From: Gammaproteobacteria bacterium
Lineage (GTDB): Bacteria > Pseudomonadota > Gammaproteobacteria > UBA9214
DNA length: 38,475 nucleotides
Direction: 5' to 3'
NCBI GenBank assembly: GCA_029864225.1
Contig: JAOTTU010000002.1
Location: 1-38,475 of the forward strand
This document shows positions 1 through 8,276 of this stretch, one piece after another. The notes under the pieces were generated by a model. The model was given only the letters and a program-made list of their open reading frames with translations, ran no database searches and was not told where the DNA came from. Each line of letters begins with the position of its first letter. Positions within the stretch are counted from its first letter, which is position 1. The position numbers were made by a program, and so were the translations under genes.

Positions 1-1
1 C

Positions 2-883
2 CTGCGCTATCTCCGGCTGCATGATGAAATCCCCGCCACCACCGACACGCTGTTCGTGGTGGACCGTGCCGGCCAGTACAAGGGCCTGCTGCCCCTGACT
101 ACACTGCTGACCAATGACCCCGAATTACTGGTCGCCGCGGTCATGAACACCGAGGTCCAGCCGATCCCTGCCAGCATGCCGGATGACGAGGTCGCCCGGC
201 TGTTCGAGAACCATGACCTGCTGTCTGCACCGGTGGTCGACGAGGCCGGCAAACTGCTGGGCCGTATCACCATCGACGACGTGGTGGACGTCATCCGTGA
301 GGACGCCGACCACTCCCTGCTGAGCATGGCCGGCCTCGATGAAGAGGACGACACCTTTGCGCCAATCGTGATCAGCGCCCGACGCCGTGCCCTGTGGCTG
401 GGTATCAACCTGTTCACCGCCTTTCTCGCCTCCTGGGTCATTGGCCTGTTCCAGGCGACCCTGGAGCAGGTCGTCGCACTGGCCGTCCTCATGCCCATCG
501 TCGCCAGTATGGGCGGAATTGCGGGCAGCCAGACACTGATCATCGTGATCCGCGGACTGGCACTGGGCAAGGTGGGGAAGGCCAACGCACGCTGGCTGAT
601 GTACAAGGAACTGGCCGTTACGGGATTGAACGGACTCGGCTGGTCACTGGTGGTCGCCGTGATCGTGACCCTCTGGTTCCAGGACATGGCCATCGGCATC
701 ATCATCGCCGCAGCGCTGATCGTCAACCTCGTGTGCGCCGCCATCTCCGGCCTGTCCATTCCCTTTATCCTCAAGCACATGAATATCGATCCGGCTCACG
801 CCGGCAGCGTCCTGCTAACGACCGTCACTGACGTGATCGGCTTCATGGTCTTCCTGGGGCTGGGAACGATTTTCCTGCTCTGA
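2..883 (+). CDS. mgtE: Magnesium transporter MgtE, C-terminal part (5' end lies outside the window)
   Basis: The frame is open from the window edge (LRYLRLHDEIPATTDTLFVVDRAGQYKG...). A CBS-pair region (GRITIDDVVDVIRED) is followed by the MgtE membrane domain (PIVASMGGIAGSQT, LLTTVTDVIGFMVFLGLG). Confidence 0.9.
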   Translation: MRYLRLHDEIPATTDTLFVVDRAGQYKGLLPLTTLLTNDPELLVAAVMNTEVQPIPASMPDDEVARLFENHDLLSAPVVDEAGKLLGRITIDDVVDVIREDADHSLLSMAGLDEEDDTFAPIVISARRRALWLGINLFTAFLASWVIGLFQATLEQVVALAVLMPIVASMGGIAGSQTLIIVIRGLALGKVGKANARWLMYKELAVTGLNGLGWSLVVAVIVTLWFQDMAIGIIIAAALIVNLVCAAISGLSIPFILKHMNIDPAHAGSVLLTTVTDVIGFMVFLGLGTIFLL

Positions 884-971
884 ATGGTAACAAGGTGGCA
901 TTGTCGCCTTTACGTCCGGGCCAGCATGTGTCTGGAATTGCCAACCGGGCCTAGACTGCACTGCAGCCCCC

Positions 972-1316
972 TCATAGCCCTGACTGGTTCCAGTTATTGA
1001 ATGCCAACAGCCAGCTGGAAATGTCGGGATACTCATTGCCGCGTGCCTGCAAATGGCTACCCAGTTCGATCATGAGTTCGCGGAATTCCCGTATTTCCGC
1101 CTGCCATGACTGCTCGTCCAAGCCCGGGTTATCCGCCAGGGCCTGATTGGCGATGGAGCCGGCTCCGCCCCACATACGGTTTGAGTTCAGTTCCCGGTAA
1201 AACCGGACTTCATCCCTTCCGCCGAGGTCGATCACTGACCCTATCCAGGCAGCGCTGTCTCCGGGGTGGTTTTCCAGGATCTCATGGAGACGCTGCAGGG
1301 TGGCCTGAACAGCCAT
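972..1316 (-). CDS. Hypothetical protein, 114 aa, predicted helical, no family recognised
   Basis: An intact ORF lies 36 nt downstream of the 1353-1697 ORF on the same strand. Composition looks like the neighbouring coding regions. It contains a distinctive stretch, LNSNRMWGGAGSIANQAL. No Shine-Dalgarno sequence is obvious. Confidence 0.5.
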   Translation of the reverse strand: MAVQATLQRLHEILENHPGDSAAWIGSVIDLGGRDEVRFYRELNSNRMWGGAGSIANQALADNPGLDEQSWQAEIREFRELMIELGSHLQARGNEYPDISSWLLAFNNWNQSGL

Positions 1317-1352
1317 CGCGCCAGGTTTAGTGAATACGCTGCAATGCTGGTA

Positions 1353-1697
1353 TTACTGAAGCGCCAGTTCCGCGGCGATCATTTTTTTCAGCTGGCTCCT
1401 GCAGGTGGTCACCTTGCAGTGCTCGCTGTGCCGGCAGCTGAGTTGCAGGTCACGGACCTGGTCATCCGCAATATCCAGCATGCAGACCAGCGCAATCTCT
1501 TCCCTTTCACGCTGCGACCGCGCCTGCTCGAGCAAGGTGACGGTCTGGCAACCCTCGATAAAGCGCTTGCGGGCGAAAAACGCGATCTGGTCGAAATCGT
1601 AATTCCCCAGGCACCCGGGGTTATAGCAGGCCATGACGTCGTACCTCTTCTTGCTTCCTGGTAGCCACCAACCTGGCTGGCTGCCATTCATAAACAT
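1353..1697 (-). CDS. Hypothetical Cys-rich protein (114 aa; alternative start at 1634 gives 93 aa)
   Basis: This ORF is transcribed divergently from tas. It has seven Cys residues (ACYNPGC, EGCQ, VCML, SCRHSEHC, TTCRS). The C-terminal half (REREEIALVCMLDI...KVTTCRSQLKKM) faintly resembles a sigma-70 region-4-type HTH. The start codon is uncertain. Confidence 0.45.
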   Translation of the reverse strand: MFMNGSQPGWWLPGSKKRYDVMACYNPGCLGNYDFDQIAFFARKRFIEGCQTVTLLEQARSQREREEIALVCMLDIADDQVRDLQLSCRHSEHCKVTTCRSQLKKMIAAELALQ

Positions 1698-1796
1698 AGC
1701 CCGTTTCGTTTCCTGGTGCTTTGATGTGGATCAAGTATGTGGCCTGCATGGGATTTGGATACACTGGCAGCAGACAACCACCGGAACTCGCAGCAT

Positions 1797-2840
1797 ATGC
1801 AATATCGCAAACTTGGAAACACCGGAATCGATGTCAGCGTCATCTGCCTTGGCACCATGACCTGGGGTGAACAGAACACGCAGGTCGAGGCCTTCGCACA
1901 AATGGACTATGCACTGGCACACGGCGTGAACTTCTTTGATACGGCGGAACTTTACCCGATTCCGCCGCGAGCGGAGACCTATGGCCGCACCGAAGAGATC
2001 ATCGGCAACTGGCTGCACAAGACCGGGAATCGCAGCAGGATCTCCCTCGCCAGCAAGGTCGCCGGTCCCGGTCCAGGCTGGATCGACCATATCCGCAATG
2101 GCCGGACGCGCTACAACCGGGAGCAACTGCAGGAGGCACTCGACGGGAGTCTAAGACGCCTGCAGACCGACTGCATCGACCTCTACCAGCTGCACTGGCC
2201 GGAACGCGACACGAATTTCTTTGGCCAGCTGGGCTTCACGCCCGGGGAGCCGGACGAGTTCACGCCCGTAGTCGAAACCCTGGAGGCATTGAACGATTTT
2301 GTGCAGGCCGGCAAGATACGCCATATCGGTCTGTCGAATGAAACCCCGTGGGGCATCATGCGTTTCATCCAGATCGCCGAACAACTGGGCCTGCCACGCG
2401 TGGTTACGGTACAGAACCCCTACAGCTTGCTAAACCGGTCCTATGAAGTCGGCGCCGCAGAGGTCTCCTGGCGCGAGCACTGCGGCCTGCTGGCCTATTC
2501 TCCGCTGGGTTTCGGCGTGCTGTCCGGCAAATATTTAAACGGCGCCCGCCCCGCCGGGGCACGCCTGACCCGGTTCCCGGACTACATGCGCTACAGCAGC
2601 CCGACCGCCGAACGGGCCACGTCGCAATACGTCGCCCTGGCACGCCGGCATGACCTGGAACCCTCACAGATGGCGCTGGCATTCGTCAACAGCCGGAGGG
2701 TTCTAACCAGCACCATCATCGGCGCGACCTCCCTGGAGCAGCTGCGCAGCAACATCGGCAGCATCGAAGTGGAATTATCAAACGAGGTGCTAGAAGGGAT
2801 AGAGGCTATTCACTCCGAGCAACCCAACCCCAGCCCCTGA
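1797..2840 (+). CDS. tas: NADP(H)-dependent aldo-keto reductase, Tas-like
   Basis: The N-terminus MQYRKLGNTGIDVSVICLGTMTWG resembles E. coli Tas, and the length (347 aa) fits. AKR motifs are present (FDTAELYP, DLYQLHWP, IGLSNETPWG). The start was chosen at the internal ATG of the longer track ORF. Confidence 0.9.
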   Translation: MQYRKLGNTGIDVSVICLGTMTWGEQNTQVEAFAQMDYALAHGVNFFDTAELYPIPPRAETYGRTEEIIGNWLHKTGNRSRISLASKVAGPGPGWIDHIRNGRTRYNREQLQEALDGSLRRLQTDCIDLYQLHWPERDTNFFGQLGFTPGEPDEFTPVVETLEALNDFVQAGKIRHIGLSNETPWGIMRFIQIAEQLGLPRVVTVQNPYSLLNRSYEVGAAEVSWREHCGLLAYSPLGFGVLSGKYLNGARPAGARLTRFPDYMRYSSPTAERATSQYVALARRHDLEPSQMALAFVNSRRVLTSTIIGATSLEQLRSNIGSIEVELSNEVLEGIEAIHSEQPNPSP

Positions 2841-3049
2841 ATTACAGATCCAGGAAACACCTGCTGCCGGTTAAGGTCATCATAGTATGGAAAGTGCTGC
2901 AAAGACGCACGTTGAGGTTTCCTGCGCGGTACCTGCGGTATACCCGTGGCTTAACATGAAAAACACATCAGCACTGCTTTACATGTCTTGTTGCATACGC
3001 ATGTGCAATGTTATTCCCCCTGCGCCCTCCCCTACTTACAATTTAGCAT

Positions 3050-4414
3050 TCAGGCGCCCGCGACTGTCATCTGTTCGATCAGCACCGAGCCGCTGCGGAT
3101 ATTGCCGCGCAGGTCCACGTCATTACCTACCTCAACGATCCCCATGAACATGTCTCTGAGGTTACCGGCCACGGTGATTTCATCCACGGGGTACTGGATC
3201 TTGCCGTTCTCGACCCACAAGCCGGCCACGCCACGCGAGTAGTCCCCGGTCAGTATATTCACCCCGAAGCCGATCAGCTCGGTGACCAGCAGGCCGGTAT
3301 CCATTGCACGCAGCAACTCCGACAGGTCCTTGTCACCCGGATCGATGCTGAGGTTGTGTACACCGCCGGCATTGGCAGTGGTCTCCATCCCCAGCCGGCG
3401 CGCGGAATAGCTGTCCAGAACATAGCCCTGCAGTACGCCATCCCGCACCAGGTCACGCGCCTGAGTGGCGACCCCTTCGGTATCGTAAGGGGCGCTGCCC
3501 AGCGCCTTCTTCAGCAGCGGCTGCTCGTGGATATGTATAAAGCCCGGGAACACCTGTTTCCCCAGGTGGTCAACCAGGAAGGATGCCTTGCGGTAGAGAC
3601 TGCCGCCATTGATGGCGCTGATAAAGTTTCCGAACAGGCCGCGTGCCACGTCAGCGGCGAAAATGACAGGGGCCTGGCGCGTGGTCAGTCGCCGGGAACC
3701 CAGTCGCCTGATGGTGCGTTCACCGGCCATGCGCCCGACCTCCTCGGGAGCTACAAGATCGTGGTGATCGCGTGCGGCCATATACCAGTGATCGCGCTGC
3801 ATTTCGTCACCCTGCCTGCCCACCACGGAACAACTCAGGCTGTGACGGCTGGTGCGGTAGCCACCCGAGAAGCCATGGCTGTTGGCCGACACCCGCATGC
3901 TGGTATAGCTGGAGAGCGTCCCACCTTCGGAATTCACGATGCGTTCATCCACGGCACGCGCCGCGGCCTCGCAGTCACGCGCCAGCTCGATGGCCTGGTC
4001 AACGTCGAGTTGCCAGGGATGATACAGGTCCAGGTCGGGTATCACGGATGCCATCCGCTCGGCATCCGCCAGGCCGGCGCAGGGATCCGCGCTGGTATAA
4101 CGGGCGATATCGCAGGCCGCCTCCACGGTGGCGCGGATGCCGGCGGGCTCGAAATCGGCGGTGCTTGCCGAACCCTTGCGGTGGTCGAAATAAACCGTCA
4201 GGCCCAGTCCCCGGTCACGGTTGTATTCCAGGGTCTCCGTTTCACCCAGGCGTACGGTCACCGACAGGCCCGCATCGATGCTGGCACCCGCCTCCACGCC
4301 GTCGGCGCCCAGCTTCTGTGCCTGGGCAATAATACCGTGCACCAGCTCCTCCAGCTGCGACTGCTGTTGAAATTCCGCTTCGTTTGCTGCGCTTTGGCTT
4401 TCTGACATGATCAT
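3050..4414 (-). CDS. pmbA: Metalloprotease PmbA (TldE)
   Basis: It resembles PmbA over its full length (GVEAGASIDAGLSVTVRLGE..., C-terminal GSVLIEQMTVAG). It is arranged divergently from yjgA, as in E. coli. The start is uncertain among 4462, 4414 and 4408. Confidence 0.9.
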   Translation of the reverse strand: MIMSESQSAANEAEFQQQSQLEELVHGIIAQAQKLGADGVEAGASIDAGLSVTVRLGETETLEYNRDRGLGLTVYFDHRKGSASTADFEPAGIRATVEAACDIARYTSADPCAGLADAERMASVIPDLDLYHPWQLDVDQAIELARDCEAAARAVDERIVNSEGGTLSSYTSMRVSANSHGFSGGYRTSRHSLSCSVVGRQGDEMQRDHWYMAARDHHDLVAPEEVGRMAGERTIRRLGSRRLTTRQAPVIFAADVARGLFGNFISAINGGSLYRKASFLVDHLGKQVFPGFIHIHEQPLLKKALGSAPYDTEGVATQARDLVRDGVLQGYVLDSYSARRLGMETTANAGGVHNLSIDPGDKDLSELLRAMDTGLLVTELIGFGVNILTGDYSRGVAGLWVENGKIQYPVDEITVAGNLRDMFMGIVEVGNDVDLRGNIRSGSVLIEQMTVAGA

Positions 4415-4514
4415 TTCCCGGGAAGTGGCGAGGATTCTACCGGTCATACCCTGACCGGACAAATCCCGCCGAAACCGCTATCCTTCATTATGAGTCGACA
4501 CGCTATACCACTTC

Positions 4515-5021
4515 ATGCACGACGCTGAATACGAAAAAGAAGCACTCATCAGCAAGTCCCAGCGCAAGCGCGACATGACCGCGTTGCAGCGGCTTGGCGA
4601 GGAGCTGCTTGATTTCGATGCCACCACACTGAGCCAGCTGGAACTGCCGGAAGACCTGCTGGATGCTATCAAGACCGCAAAGAAGATCCATGCACACAGT
4701 GCGCGCAAGCGCCAGCTGCAGTACATCGGAAAACTGATGCGCGCCATCGATCCCGGGCCGGTCCGTGCGGCGGTCGAGGCCCGACGTCACCAGCAAGCCA
4801 CCAACGACCAGGAATTTCACCTCCTCGAGGAACTGCGCGAGGCGCTCATCAGCGAGGGGGATTCCGCCCTGGCAACGGTGCTCGAGCATTTCCCGACAGC
4901 CGACCGCCAGCATATCCGCAAGCTGGCCCGCCAGGCGCGCAAGGAACGGGAGCTGAACCAGCCCGCCCGGGCCGCACGCCGGCTGTTCCGCGACCTGCGG
5001 GAATTGCAGGAAAACTCCTGA
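4515..5021 (+). CDS. yjgA: Ribosome-associated protein YjgA (DUF615, DarP)
   Basis: The sequence aligns by eye to E. coli YjgA (SKSQRKRDMTALQRLGEEL, RKRQLQYIGKLMR, ADRQHIRKLARQARKE, RRLFRDLREL). The divergent pairing with pmbA is conserved. Confidence 0.88.
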   Translation: MHDAEYEKEALISKSQRKRDMTALQRLGEELLDFDATTLSQLELPEDLLDAIKTAKKIHAHSARKRQLQYIGKLMRAIDPGPVRAAVEARRHQQATNDQEFHLLEELREALISEGDSALATVLEHFPTADRQHIRKLARQARKERELNQPARAARRLFRDLRELQENS

Positions 5022-5059
5022 TCAACCAGTCCGGTTCCCTGCGCGAACCATAAAAAAAA

Positions 5060-5079
5060 CGGCGGCCCCCTGGCCGCCG
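5060..5079. terminator. Bidirectional intrinsic terminator between yjgA and the 5131-5358 gene
   Basis: The hairpin CGGCGGCC-cccT-GGCCGCCG is preceded by A8 on the + strand. This gives a T8 tail for the minus-strand gene. On the + strand it is followed by CTGTGTTCT. Confidence 0.6.
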
Positions 5080-5130
5080 CTGTGTTCTACATGACAGAAA
5101 TCAGCAGTTATTCTTGGATACCGGTATCAC

Positions 5131-5358
5131 TCATCCGATACGCTCTGCACACAGGTTCTGACCACTCATCTGGGCGAGGATGTCGAACGACGAGATCCGC
5201 ACCGGATCATATGAGACCAGCATCAGATGCGGCCGTTTCTCGTTGAAATGCACCTCATTCACGCCCTGCAAACGGGTGATCGCAGCCTCGACATCGTGCC
5301 GGCGGTTCTCTTCCAATGTGTCATCAACATGCATTACCAAATCACTGCAATGTGTCAT
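5131..5358 (-). CDS. Small HMA-fold-like protein lacking the CxxC metal site (75 aa)
   Basis: The pattern LVMHVDDTLEENRRHDVEAAITRLQGVNEVHFNEKRPHLMLVSYDP..ISSFDILAQM matches the beta-alpha-beta-beta-alpha-beta heavy-metal-associated layout. LEEN occupies the position where the GMTCxxC motif would sit. The T8 terminator lies 52 nt downstream. G+C is visibly lower than in the neighbouring genes. Confidence 0.5.
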   Translation of the reverse strand: MTHCSDLVMHVDDTLEENRRHDVEAAITRLQGVNEVHFNEKRPHLMLVSYDPVRISSFDILAQMSGQNLCAERIG

Positions 5359-5758
5359 GGTATCTCCTCCATTGGGTTGGATTAATGCACTACCTCATTG
5401 CACGGGTCTTCTGTCACCCCCGGATTGCCCCCGGGCTAAACATCCTCCGTGAGGCACCACCGTAGACTAAACGAGACATATAAGTCAATGTATAATAAGG
5501 TTATTTGTTTATACACAACATATTGTGTCATAAATTTGAATTATCCCTGCCAAAACACTATATATGGAAGTAGGCGCCCGAAAATTCACATGAGAAATTT
5601 GAGGGATTTAAAAGGAATCGCCGATTTTCAGCTGACTACTGATCAATCAACTGCATCGCCAGGCAGGCCCGCGACACCGTACCTTCCGGGTCGAACCGGA
5701 CCCGGAATGCCGGGAACACACTCAGCTGTCCCATGCCGGGGAACACCCGAAAGGGGCA

Positions 5759-5790
5759 AAGCAACCGGGACTGCCCCCTTTGGTAGTTGG
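5759..5790. terminator. Hairpin downstream of tldD (possible terminator)
   Basis: AAAGGGGCA-aagcaaccgggac-TGCCCCCTTT has A and T tracts flanking a GC stem. It lies about 55-85 nt beyond the tldD stop codon. The U-tract is weak on both strands. Confidence 0.35.
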
Positions 5791-5844
5791 TATGGTTAAG
5801 GTTCAGCGATGCGCGGGCGCTGTTCCTGCCGGCATGCACCGAGT

Positions 5845-7290
5845 TCAGGCGCCGGTTCCGCCAACGGTCAGTTCATCGATCAGCAGGGTGGGTTGTCCGA
5901 CACCGACGGGGACGCTCTGCCCTTCCTTGCCGCAGGTGCCGACACCGGAATCCAGTTCGAGATCGTTGCCGACCATAGAGACCTGTTTCAGCACATCCGG
6001 CCCGTTGCCGATCAGAGTCGCCCCCTTGACCGGGCGGGTGATCTTGCCGTCTTCAATCAGGTAGGCCTCGCTGGCGGTGAAGACAAACTTGCCCGAGGTG
6101 ATGTCCACCTGGCCGCCGCCGAAATTGACCGCATACAGGCCCCTGTCGACAGACTGGATAATCTCTCCGGGATCGTGTTCTCCGGCCAGCATGTAGGTGT
6201 TGGTCATGCGCGGCATTGGCAGGTGCGCGTAGGATTCACGCCGGCCATTACCGGTCGGGGCCACGCCCATCAGACCGGCGTTGAGGCGGTCCTGCATGTA
6301 GCCCTTGAGGATGCCGTTCTCGATGAGCACGGTGTTTTCTGTCTTGATGCCTTCGTCGTCGACGTTCAGGGAACCGCGCCGGCCCTGCAGGGTCCCGTCA
6401 TCCACCACCGTGCACAGGGGCGAGGCCACCCGCTCCCCGATGCGCCCGGAAAAGGCCGACGTCCCCTTGCGGTTGAAGTCCCCCTCCAGCCCATGGCCGA
6501 TCGCCTCGTGCAGCAGGATCCCGGGCCATCCCGGGCCCAGCACCACCGGCATGCTGCCCGCCGGGGCGTTGACCGCCTCCAGGTTAACGAGGGCCTGGCG
6601 CACCGCCTCGCGCGCATAGCCCAGGGCGCGATCCTGTTCCAGGAAGAAGGCGTATTCGGTCCGCCCGCCGCCGCCGGCACTGCCCTGCTCGCGGCGGCCG
6701 TCCTGCTCGACGATCACGCTGACATTGAAGCGGATCAGGGGACGCACATCGGCCGACAGGGTACCGTCACTGACGGCCACCATCATGACCTCGTGCACGC
6801 CCGCGAGACTGACCACGACCTCGCTGACACGCGGGTCCTGGCGACGTGCCTCCACATCCACGTTCCTGAGCAGCTGGACCTTGGCGTCGGCCGACATCCG
6901 TTCCAGCGGGTCGAGAGGCGGGTAGAGGATGTGCTCATCACCCCGATGCCAGGCCTGCAGGCTGCCTTCAGTGCCACGTTTGGCGATGGCGCGGGCCGCC
7001 TGCGACGCCTGCAGCAGGGCCGGCATCATGATCTCGTCGGAATAGGCAAACCCGGTCTTGTCACCGCTGATCGCCCGGACGCCGGCACCCTGTTCGATGT
7101 TGTGGATACCTTCCTTGACGATGCCGTCTTCCAGCACCCAGGACTCGTAGCGCGTCGACTGGAAATACAGGTCGCCGCTGTCCACCGCGTGTCCGAGCAA
7201 CTGGCCGAACAGCCGGTCGAGATCGTTTTCATCAATACCCGCGGGGGCCAGCAGGCGCTGGCGTGCGATATCAAGATTGGAGGTACTCAT
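5845..7290 (-). CDS. tldD: Metalloprotease TldD
   Basis: The 481-aa protein is TldD-like from end to end ([50 protein letters not shown]). Confidence 0.95.
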   Translation of the reverse strand: MSTSNLDIARQRLLAPAGIDENDLDRLFGQLLGHAVDSGDLYFQSTRYESWVLEDGIVKEGIHNIEQGAGVRAISGDKTGFAYSDEIMMPALLQASQAARAIAKRGTEGSLQAWHRGDEHILYPPLDPLERMSADAKVQLLRNVDVEARRQDPRVSEVVVSLAGVHEVMMVAVSDGTLSADVRPLIRFNVSVIVEQDGRREQGSAGGGGRTEYAFFLEQDRALGYAREAVRQALVNLEAVNAPAGSMPVVLGPGWPGILLHEAIGHGLEGDFNRKGTSAFSGRIGERVASPLCTVVDDGTLQGRRGSLNVDDEGIKTENTVLIENGILKGYMQDRLNAGLMGVAPTGNGRRESYAHLPMPRMTNTYMLAGEHDPGEIIQSVDRGLYAVNFGGGQVDITSGKFVFTASEAYLIEDGKITRPVKGATLIGNGPDVLKQVSMVGNDLELDSGVGTCGKEGQSVPVGVGQPTLLIDELTVGGTGA

Positions 7291-7311
7291 AATACGATCA
7301 AACTAGCTGGC

Positions 7312-8130
7312 TTACTGACACGGTAAACGACGGTGCTCGATACTGGGGAAATTGCGGCGCGCACTTTCCAGCCGCTGCAGGTCAATGCTGGCACAGACCA
7401 CGCCCGGGCCGCGTGACAGGCTGTTCAGGATGATGCCCCAGGGATCGACGATCATGCTGTGTCCGTGGGTTTCACGCCCGTTGAGGTGATAACCGCCCTG
7501 GTCGGCGGCCACGACATAGCAAAGGTTCTCGATGGCGCGTGCCCTCACCAGAACCTCCCAGTGCGCCCGCCCGGTGATCGCGGTGAATGCCGCCGGCAGG
7601 ACCACGATCTCCATGCCTGCGGTCAGTTGCTGCCGGAACAGTTCCGGGAAACGCAGGTCATAGCAGATCGCGACGCCCATACGCCCAAAGGGGCTGTCTA
7701 TGACCAACACCTCGTCACTGGGCTCGATGGTCTTGGATTCCGTGTATTGCTCGTCACTGTCCACCAGTTGCACATCGAACAGGTGGATCTTGTCATAGCG
7801 GGCGACCTGTTTACCTGTATCGTCATAGACCAGGCAAGCCGCGCGTATCTTGTCCCTGGCGTTGGCCACCAGCGGGACGGTCCCGCCCACCAGCCAGATG
7901 CCATGACGCGCCGCCTGCTCCGACAGGAAGGCCTGGATCGGGCCATCACCCTCTGCCTCCCGTATCTCGACCTTGTCGCGCTCCGACAGGCCCATGATGG
8001 CAAAGTTCTCCGGCAGCACCACGAGCTTCGCCTCGCGGCTGACCGCCTCCTCGATCAGGCGCTCCGCCTCCAGCAGGTTGGCACCCACATTGGGCCCGGA
8101 GGCCATCTGAATACATGCAACAACCGTCAT
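7312..8130 (-). CDS. Carbon-nitrogen hydrolase family protein (nitrilase/amidase superfamily)
   Basis: The Glu-Lys-Cys triad contexts are present: VVLPENF, RYDKIHLFD, GVAICYDLRFPE. It sits between yhdP and tldD, as I recall for pseudomonads. Confidence 0.85.
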   Translation of the reverse strand: MTVVACIQMASGPNVGANLLEAERLIEEAVSREAKLVVLPENFAIMGLSERDKVEIREAEGDGPIQAFLSEQAARHGIWLVGGTVPLVANARDKIRAACLVYDDTGKQVARYDKIHLFDVQLVDSDEQYTESKTIEPSDEVLVIDSPFGRMGVAICYDLRFPELFRQQLTAGMEIVVLPAAFTAITGRAHWEVLVRARAIENLCYVVAADQGGYHLNGRETHGHSMIVDPWGIILNSLSRGPGVVCASIDLQRLESARRNFPSIEHRRLPCQ

Positions 8131-8276
8131 CGTTTTAACAACCCTGCCAACACATTCACTTCCCGCGCTCCTGGATAATCGCCGGCTCGCGCACCGGCAT
8201 GCTAATTATTTGATCGATTGAAAGAATACCACAGATCCCGTGGTGGCCATGGCGTGCCGGCGCCTGATCGAGGCGC

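Noticed and set aside
2895-2945. Possible decayed copy of the repeat family in the 209-nt tas/pmbA convergent spacer (TGCAAAGACGCACG ... CCTGCGCGGTACCTGCGGTA).
   Set aside because: The match to the units is only partial and it lacks the TCACCGC head. It could be chance in this composition and would need a family model to score.
3356-4405. A 349-aa ORF on the + strand. Similar long antisense ORFs occur at 7..780(-), 7459..8178(+), 8604..9428(+), 12332..13066(+), 14979..15773(+), 18886..19812(+), 25608..26306(+), 30327..31235(-) and 33119..34075(-).
   Set aside because: Each of these overlaps a confidently identified gene on the opposite strand and shows no family motifs.
5680-5710. A tRNA- or tmRNA-like T-arm (minus strand TCCGGTTCGACCCGGA, containing GGTTCGA).
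   Set aside because: The loop is 6 nt rather than 7. No acceptor stem, anticodon arm or CCA context can be built around it.
5809-7326. A 505-aa ORF on the + strand.
   Set aside because: It lies entirely antisense to the well-supported tldD gene. Its Arg/Ala/Gly/His-rich translation has no recognisable motifs. This is a typical shadow ORF of high-GC coding DNA.
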